Positions 56,028 through 64,000 of a DNA stretch of 64,000 bases are shown piece by piece (within the stretch, counting starts at the first letter, position 1; each line of letters begins with the position of its first letter). Origin of the DNA: Octopus sinensis (Eukaryota); assembly GCF_006345805.1 (NCBI RefSeq), contig NC_042999.1, positions 51,770,001 through 51,834,000 on the forward strand, given 5' to 3'. Position numbers and translations under genes: made by a program. Under the pieces are notes generated by a model. The model was not told the origin of the DNA. It worked only from the letters and a program-made list of their open reading frames with translations, and searched no databases.

Positions 56028-56082
<55 letters not shown>

Positions 56083-56388
56083 GGGGGGGGATTTTTAAAC
56101 AAAGCATATATGAGTATTATTTTGAGGCTCGGTTAGAGTGAGGAGAAAAAAGGAAGGGAAAGAGAAAAAGAAAGACAGACAGAAAGAAACAAACAAACAA
56201 ACAAACAAAGACAGAAAGGGGCGCTTTCCTAAGATGGTTGAAATTGATGAGAAGTCAAAAAGATCAAATTTTTTATGATTTGCAATAAATCTCTCTCAGT
56301 TCTGGTGTGGATGACAAAGTGTTTGGTCAGTTATGCTACCCAGCTGCAGAAAATAGAATCTATCAAATTGTTTCGGAAGTCTTTCAAG

Positions 56389-56433
<45 letters not shown>

Positions 56434-56579
56434 CAGCGCATGCGCGTGAGGTAGTGCACCTCTGTGTTGTACGTTTGTCGTTTAAGTGGATTTTTCCTGT
56501 TATGTTAGTGTTAGTAATGAAAACATTATTAATAATAATATTATCTAGTTGTAACCTGGTTTAGTTTCTTTTGGGAAAT

Positions 56580-57670
56580 CTCGGACAAGGCCGGCTGACT
56601 GCACTCCCGGGCCTGTAAAGCTTATCTCGAACAGGTAGTACCACCCGGTAGCACTGTCAGATCAAGGATTTCTGGAAATTATTCATACACTCCAGTCCAA
56701 AAGTTCTCCGGAAGATACCAACTAGTTCTTGTCGACGCCCAGAGAACATCGTCGTACTTACACGTCGCTAAACATCTATGGAACGCCATAGGAGAATTTC
56801 CACCGACCGCATTGCCCGACTGAGAGAGGAGTGTGAGCGCCTGATGACACTAGGTGCCTTTCCTCGGTCTACGCTTGATGTAGGACTACAGTTCAGTCAA
56901 CGAGACAAGCTGTGGGAAATCGCATCTGACAAACGGCGACCGCATCTGCTCACCGTCAAGGAAGCACTGGAGATACCACAGCCTCAGAGCATGTCTGCGC
57001 ATCAATAGCAACGGCATGCCCAGCCCTCCATTTAGAGGGTGTTGATAGCAAATGGAGCGCCTTAGCACAGAAAGCGGAATAGTAGGCGCTCCGGTTTGGT
57101 CAGACTTGACCGGAGCAGGGCACGATAGTGAGGCGGTAGTAGATGAGGGATGGGATGTATGCATTCGCCGCCTCCACCCGACCTTTCAGGGATAACTTTA
57201 TTTTGCCCATTTCTGGATGAGATTGGTCACCCTGATCTCCACCTCGTCCCAGTTCTTCTCCACCTGGAGATCTGGACCGAACCATACCCCGAGTAATTTA
57301 ACGACCCTTTCCGTCCAGTGTCTTACGGCACTGCTAGAAGGCATGGACTTGCCTCTCCAGGTGCCGAGTTGCAGACCCACTGACTTCTCCTGGTCAATTT
57401 TTGCTCCTGTCACCGCCTCGTATTCTTTTGCAGCGGTGCCAACCAGATCTAGGTGCTTGGGGTTCGACACTACGACGGTGACGTTGACCACGTACGCCGA
57501 CACGGTTCTCCCACGTTCGCGCGGGATGCCTCTTAACGCCTCCAATTTCTGAAGTAGTGGCTCTAGAGCCATCACATACAAGAGAGACAAGAAGGGACAC
57601 CCTTGACAGACCGAACGCATGATACTGGATAGTTCTGATAGGTAACCATTCACCCGAACTACCGAACAGA
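56580..57670 (-). mobile_element. Tx1-like LINE ORF2 fragment
   Basis: VCQGCP...LYVMALEPLL, YEAVTGAKIDQEKSVGL, CYQHPLNGGLGMP; same family as 51850-52900. Confidence 0.9.
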
Positions 57671-58499
57671 TGTCTATGAGTCAACGAAAATGTGACAGAA
57701 GTTTGAATAAAGTTTGTGTCACAATGACATTTAAAAGGAAAATTGAAGAATGAAGCAACAAAAAAAAATATATTGAGGACAAAACTGAAAGAAAACTACA
57801 ACTGAAGCAGAACTTAATAAATACCGTGTTTCACGTGTTAAACAATAAAGTATATATATATGTGATGATGTTTGTAACGAAGTTAATATAAACATTCTAC
57901 CAAATTTATATGAGAGCATTATCGATTTTCTATTGATTTCAGCAGAAATCAAACTATAAAAATGTTTAGAGAAATTAGGAGTGCAAATATTATATTTTCT
58001 CATAGGAAACATTTTATTGCAAACATTAGTGATTTTGAGAAAGACGAAGTATTCGGCAAGACTAATTATATCATCATATTGTATTTCTTGATAATAGTTA
58101 ACTCTACTGGGGATAACAAGTTATTAATAATGAAGGCCTAATTAATTATTTTTCAAATATCTCCTTTCTAAAACTTGTATCAATATTCTTTTCCTAAACT
58201 AAAAGAAAACAAACACAAAAACCATTACAACATATTCTTACTACGATGTCAGTAATATTGATTAAATCTGACAATGCTAACCGATAGTTCAACTAGGTTT
58301 TTTTTCATTCGTCCGGGAATCAGCATTTGTGTTTCCCGAGCACCAACTAACTTTTGTTCTTCAGACATTTCCTTCTAAAATAACCAGATGACACATCCTC
58401 GACAATTAGGCAGACAATACCGATATAAACAACGTAAAGTTTCGAAATATTTTCGATTGAAATATCTGCCTCTCTGTGTCTCTCTGTGTCTCTCTCCCT

Positions 58500-58540
<41 letters not shown>

Positions 58541-58544
<4 letters not shown>

Positions 58545-59447
58545 GAGGTCACAGCAGGTATGGCCTCCTGTGTACGAGCGCGCCTTCTGTAGTAGTTTCC
58601 ACTTGGTCTTGAAGGGGATGGAGTTCCTTTTAAGGTACCAGATGTGGGCGGCGAGGGTAGTTTGGTTGGATTTATCCTGTCGCCGGAACGAGTGTGTGTG
58701 TGCGTACCAACGGGTCTTAAAGCTGTTTGACGTTATTCCGATGTAGGATTTTCTTTTATCGTCAGGGCCTGATCTTACCTCGCATGTATATACTAGGTCC
58801 CTCTGTAGGCAGTTGTTGTTGAGGGGGCAGGTGGTTTTATCAGGGCAGTTGCAATTGCTATCGGACGTTGGATGGGCCTCGGAAAAAGTAGATATGTTAA
58901 GTTTTTTCACATTGTTGTTGGTTAGGTTCCTGGCTAGAGTCTAATAGTGTTCTTGTTTAGGATAGTGTAGTACTTATGTTGGGTGGGGAAGTGTTTCTGT
59001 AGGAGAGTGAAGAAGATTTTAGCTACAGGTGTAGCGACCTCACGGTTGAAGGGGGTTGTACCAGCTAATGTGTCTTCGTCTATTTTTCCTGGGTTGGCGT
59101 GGGGCTATACTAGTATAGGTAATCTTATCTTTAAAGCCACTGCGGGCCAGGGCCTCGTTGTAATAGGGGGCTGCGGCCTTAAAGATATCTTCCGTGGCGG
59201 ACAGGCTAGAAATTCTAATTGAGACACTTTTTACTAGGTTATCTAATATATTTTTGGGGTGGTTGGAATTAATATCTATATATCTAAGGGATTCATTCGG
59301 TTTGTGGTACGGGTAATAAAGTGAGGTTTTTAAGTCGAGGGTGACATCAAGGAAGTTAGCTTTTGTTAAGTTGGATTCTAAGGTAATCCTAAGGCCTAAG
59401 TTTTTAAAGAAGGTGTAAAGATTTTTCCGGAACCCATCCGTGGTCCT

Positions 59448-59452
<5 letters not shown>
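58541..59452 (-). mobile_element. Penelope-like element fragment with GIY-YIG endonuclease
   Basis: NFLDVTLDL...YHKPN, RHISWYNP, CNC..CPL..CL..VYTCEV..SYIGIT..FKTRWYAH, CDLC; (TA)n on both sides. Confidence 0.9.
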
Positions 59453-59490
<38 letters not shown>

Positions 59491-59540
59491 GTATGTATGT
59501 ATGTGTGTGTGTGTCTCTCTCTCTCTGTCTCTCTCTCCCT

Positions 59541-59588
<48 letters not shown>

Positions 59589-59599
59589 ATGCTTGTGTG

Positions 59600-59800
59600 T
59601 CTGTGTCCCCCCACCATCGCTTGACAACCGATGCTGGTGCGTTTACGTCCCCGTAACCAAGCGGTTCGGCAAAAGAGACCGACAGAATAAGTACTAGGCT
59701 TACAAGGAATAAGTCTTGGGGTCGATTTGCTCGACTAAAGGCGCTGCTCCAGCATGGCTGCAGTAAAATGACTGAAACAAGTAAAAGAGTGAAAGAATAA
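59600..59800 (+). mobile_element. SINE family 2 body and tail
   Basis: Matches 16760-16967. Confidence 0.8.
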
Positions 59801-59830
59801 AAAATATTAGAAAAAACTCAAAATAACTAA

Positions 59831-59948
59831 TTGTATTACTTAATCAGCTTACTCACGTTTCGGATATATCAACAAATTACGAAATTCTACAGATTTTTGG
59901 AATTAGCTAATCTATCAGAAAGGTGAGTAAGCTGATTAAATAATGTAA
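59831..59948. repeat. ~118-bp degenerate palindrome (MITE-like)
   Basis: TTAATCAGCTTACTCAC...GTGAGTAAGCTGATTAA; the arms align almost to the centre. Confidence 0.65.
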
Positions 59949-60179
59949 AATACATACATACATAGATACATATATATACATACATACATACATACATACA
60001 TACATACATACATACATACATACATACATACATACATACATACATACATACATACACTTAGATAACAGTCAACGAAAATTAGCTCCGGCCATGACTAACT
60101 TCATGGCACCACCAAAGAGATGTAATGACGTTTCCTATTACAGCCATTCTTTGGGTACCATATCCCATTAGAGTAAAGA

Positions 60180-60800
60180 GCCATAGCTCGAAGAGATATA
60201 TTCGGGTGTAGGTGGTTTATCTGGAATTTGTTGGAGATATTCATGCAAGAACCGTTTGGACGTTATGAGATATTTTTCTTCTCTTGGCATGATGTTTAAG
60301 AGAGCATAGTCAATTATGGAGAAATAGTTCTGTCTTAGTGTTGTGATTTGACACGAGCATGATTTTAAAGAGGACAGATGGCCCGGAGACCAAGTGATGA
60401 GGGGATTTTAAATTTGATGCCAACATTTTCCACATCATTCAAGTAATTTTTCATCTGTCATGGAAGAAATATAGTGTGAGTTTCTTAAGACGATACCAAT
60501 AGTGAAGACTTGTTATGTCGTCTCTCTTCCCTGTCATCGATATCTGGAGTGCTTCAAGTTTTATAATATTCTGTTTCAGGTAGCATTCAAGGTGAGGACG
60601 GATGATGGTGGAGAAGAGAGGGATAATGGTAGGAGCACCTCTAGATTGAAAAGTCCCTAGAATCCAGAAACACGCCCTGCCGTCCACGTCGACTTTCTTC
60701 TTTATGTGGGCATCCCAGCTAAAGTTGTCGACAGTTACACCGAGGTTCTGACCTGTGTTTGATGTGATAAGATATTTGCCCGAGGAAAGAGTGTATGACA
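60180..60800 (-). mobile_element. CR1/L2-like LINE RT thumb remnant
   Basis: NLGVTVDNFSWDAHI...FSTIIRPHLEC...LEALQ...YWYRLKKL. Confidence 0.7.
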
Positions 60801-60844
60801 GCATAAGTGAATATTGGATGTTGAAACGTTTGATGTCTTTAACA

Positions 60845-61800
60845 CTTGGTGCAGATTGGGAGACTTGGGGTGTTTTAGGATGGCATGGGATTGGGAGTTC
60901 CAACAGTAATGGTTTACTGCTATTACAGATGTGTGTAGAGATAGACCTGAGTGTCATGGACACAATGTTTAAACTAAAAAAAAAAAAGTATAAAACGACA
61001 TGGATGCACCCTGGATCTAAGAAACGGCACCTTACAGATTATAGCCTCACTAGGAAACGGGATACCAGGGACTTTGCTATTGTGCAAGTTATGCGTGGTG
61101 CAGAGTGCTGAATGGACCATAGGCTTTTGTGTGCTAAGACGAATTTTATTGTCAAACCTAAAGATAGAACAAACAATGCCAAGTTACCTAAACGAATCGA
61201 TGTCAATAAACTTAAGATTCCATCAGTACACAATGAGTTTGAGTGTGAGATAAATAATTTGTCCTGTGATGGAAGTTGGAATTCCTTCAAAGAGACAGTC
61301 TGTGAGATTTGTAGTAACATTCTTAGTTTTGTCGTGAAAAATCATCAGGATTGGTTTGACGATAATTATGAAGAAATTGGTCATATCTTAGAGGAGAAGT
61401 GAAAGGCATTCAGTATGTTGCCAAATGCTGACTTTTTAATGAACAGGACAGCGGCTATACATTTCAATAAGGCGGCGAGCTGGCAGAAACGTTAGTACGT
61501 CGGGCGAAATGCGTAGCCGTATTTCGTCTGCCGTTACGTTCTGAGTTCAAATTCCATTGAGGTCGACTTTGCCTTTCATCCTTTCGGGGGTCGATAAATT
61601 AAGTACCAGTTACCCACTGGGGTCGATGTAATCGACTTAATCCGTTTGTCTGTCCTTGTTTGTCCCCTCTGTATTTAGCCCCCTTGTGGGTAGTAAAGAA
61701 ATATATACATTTCAAGGCAGTACAAGCAGCAGTGCATAGGAAGCTGAGGATGATGCAGAAAAATTGCTGGAGTGAAAGATGCAATGAAATCCAAGAAACT
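60845..61800 (+). mobile_element. RTE-clade LINE APE/tether fragment, split by a SINE
   Basis: GWHGIGSSNSNGLLLL, TTWMHPGSK..HLTDY, GAEC*MDHRL, HQDWFDDN, KLRMMQKNCW. Confidence 0.85.
61468..61703 (+). mobile_element. Full-length SINE family 1 with a 12-bp TSD
   Basis: TATACATTTCAA at 61456-61467 and 61704-61715; A-box-like TGGCAGAAACG and B-box GAGTTCAAATTCC. Confidence 0.88.
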
Positions 61801-62399
61801 TCAAATGCTAACAATTCCAAACATTTTACTCTCTCTTGAAATAAGTTTATAGTCCAACTTCATCAGCAGGTATTCCACTTCGTAGCAAGGATGACACAGA
61901 ATTATTATTAACAAATACTGAACATATTGTTGGGAGATGGAACACACACACACATACACACACGCACGTGCGCGCGCGCGACAGTTACCCACATATCCAA
62001 ATATAAAAATAAATGCACATATGCATGCAACAGACAAAACTCTCGGCCTTTGTGTTACTTTACACCTTTCTATATTTTCGTTCTATCGTGATCTCATCTT
62101 CAGAATGGAATGGCGTTGGTGGCTGCTGCTGCTTTTTTTGTAGTAGCAGACAGTGCCAGTGTAATTGGTGTAAACATTACTGCTGTAATTTGAATGTTGC
62201 GATATTCATCTATCATCGATCAGGTGCATGTTTATGACCAGTTTATGATTGTACCTGTGCCTATTTTAACATTTTGTTATGAGTATTGTTTCCACCATTA
62301 TTTCTCTATTATTTTTAGGGAAATTCTGTCAACTATTGATGTGTTGTTTACTAACGTTTACTTCTCTAGTTGTGTTTTGTGTGGTGGTGTCGTAGAACA

Positions 62400-63850
62400 G
62401 TGCTTAGACATTTCTGTTAGTTCTTAATGTATGGTGATGTATCGGGTGAACATCGTACTTCTGTGGATAAGGTCGCTAAATTTAGGATTTGTTTTCATAA
62501 TTATTGTCGATTTTATAAACCACATTGCTCGTTAGTACCGTGTTTGCGGATTTATATGGTTGATGTTTGTTGTTGCTAAGAACATTTTAAATTCTTTTGC
62601 TTTACTTTTATTCTGTGATGTTTCATTTGTGCTCAGGTCTATAAGTTTTTGAATGTGTTCATCTCTCAGTGTTAGGGTTAATGTTCGTCTGTTCCATAGT
62701 TATTATGTATTTGATTCATACAATAGACTTTATGTGTGGTTTGTGTAGTTTAAATAAACATCTGATGTAATTGTTGACGTATAGTTCTCCCTATATTGTA
62801 GTAGTGTGCTTTGATCAATTAGTCTCTCAGAACATCTGTTATTGGATAATTTTTGTTTTATTCTGGGAATTTCTTTATCCAGTTGTTCATTTATGGAGGA
62901 AAATATAAATTTTCTTCTAAATAAAGACTTCACATTTGACATTTTCTATCGTCGTGGACATTAGCTATCTCCATGTCATTATTTACTTTTATTTCTGGCT
63001 TTGGACAAAAAAAAACAACAAACAAAAAAACAACAAAGCTGATGCATTTGTTTCTATCAGAATATTTCTTGTTAGAAATGGAATAATTTTAGAGTTAGTA
63101 ATTTTATCTCTCTTGCTCTGGTTTTGAGCTTTAAAGCGGAATTTTTTCCCCGATCTTTTAATTTCTCGACGTTAAAGTTTGTCCATTAAGATGTAGATCT
63201 CACTCAACATACTTGGGGAATATTGTATGAATATGTTTGGTACCATTCTCTTTTCTAGTATACACACTCTAAATGGTGTACACATGTATCTCAAAGACAA
63301 AAATCTACTCAGTTCTTTGTTTATATAAATTTGTGGACAGCCAAAATCATTTATACAAGTTTGCTGAACATACTTTAATAATTTTTTCAAATTGTTAACT
63401 GCTATAAGAGGTGAGAAAAGGGTACTTCTGCTGGAAAAATACTTTAATATAGAAAGCAGTTTCTTATTGAGTATTTGGACAATTATATGATTTCTGTTGT
63501 TTCTGCCACTGGAACAATAACACCAGACAGCCATTCTATGCCAAATATTGCTTCTTGCTGTAGCTTCTTCGAGAACCCCCCCCCCCAAACCTTTGGTGAC
63601 CATTTACTGTTTCGCTCCGACCACATCCAGAGTCTCTTCGTTTATTCTATCACTCCAGTGTGAATGTTTTATAACTGTGTCTAATAATCCCCTTATTCTC
63701 TATGGACGGAACCTGCCTGTTTAAAATTCTTGTTGCCTTTATTTCGGTATGCTTCTACTAATTTATGTAATAGTAAGTCCAATGGTCTTCCTTGACTCCT
63801 ACTTACAACAATTTTCTACTCTCATTGCAACACAAATAAATTATGGTGTT
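62400..63850 (-). mobile_element. Highly degenerate Penelope-like remnant
   Basis: Scattered fragments such as LDKEIPRIKQKLSNNRCSERLID resemble the PLE thumb; many stops. Confidence 0.4.
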
Positions 63851-64000
63851 TGTTCTAATATAGTCTTCTGCTGTACTTTCTCAATGCCTCACACATGCAA
63901 CAATTTCGTATGGCAATGTATCTGTTTAATATATTATTTCCTAGAGAGGAGGATTGGTTTGTATATTTTTTACTGCATATATGCCAGAGATGAATCCTTC

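Noticed and set aside
58541-59452. Selenocysteine-encoding PLE
   Set aside because: Conserved Cys positions are ordinary Cys codons; the TGA near 59040 results from a frameshift.
59857-59922. Minus-strand CTGATAGA...GAAAC as a hammerhead
   Set aside because: Explained by the surrounding palindrome; core spacing and cleavage triplet are wrong.

Overview
AT-rich eukaryotic DNA saturated with microsatellites and transposons; I found no supportable host protein-coding exon. The repeat repertoire suggests a cephalopod, probably octopus; this is inference, not verified. Recognisable elements: at least four families of Dong/R4-like RLE non-LTR retrotransposons, all joined to (TAA)n tracts and including one near-full-length ~4 kb copy; Tx1-like, RTE and CR1/L2-like LINE remnants; several Penelope-like (PLE) remnants; two DD34D mariners; one Tc1-like element with DD36E spacing; a non-autonomous Helitron-like insert; and several tRNA-derived SINEs. 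The most notable signal is about seven type I hammerhead-ribozyme motifs, mostly with palindromic (dimer-type) stem III. One family is part of a composite short element: tRNA-Arg-like Pol III head + internal (TAA)n + hammerhead-bearing PLE-like tail, with an inverted tail copy at its 5' end. This is a candidate Penelope-mobilised ribozyme SINE/retrozyme whose TAA tract is itself a Dong/R4 landing site. Most listed ORFs are microsatellite artefacts.
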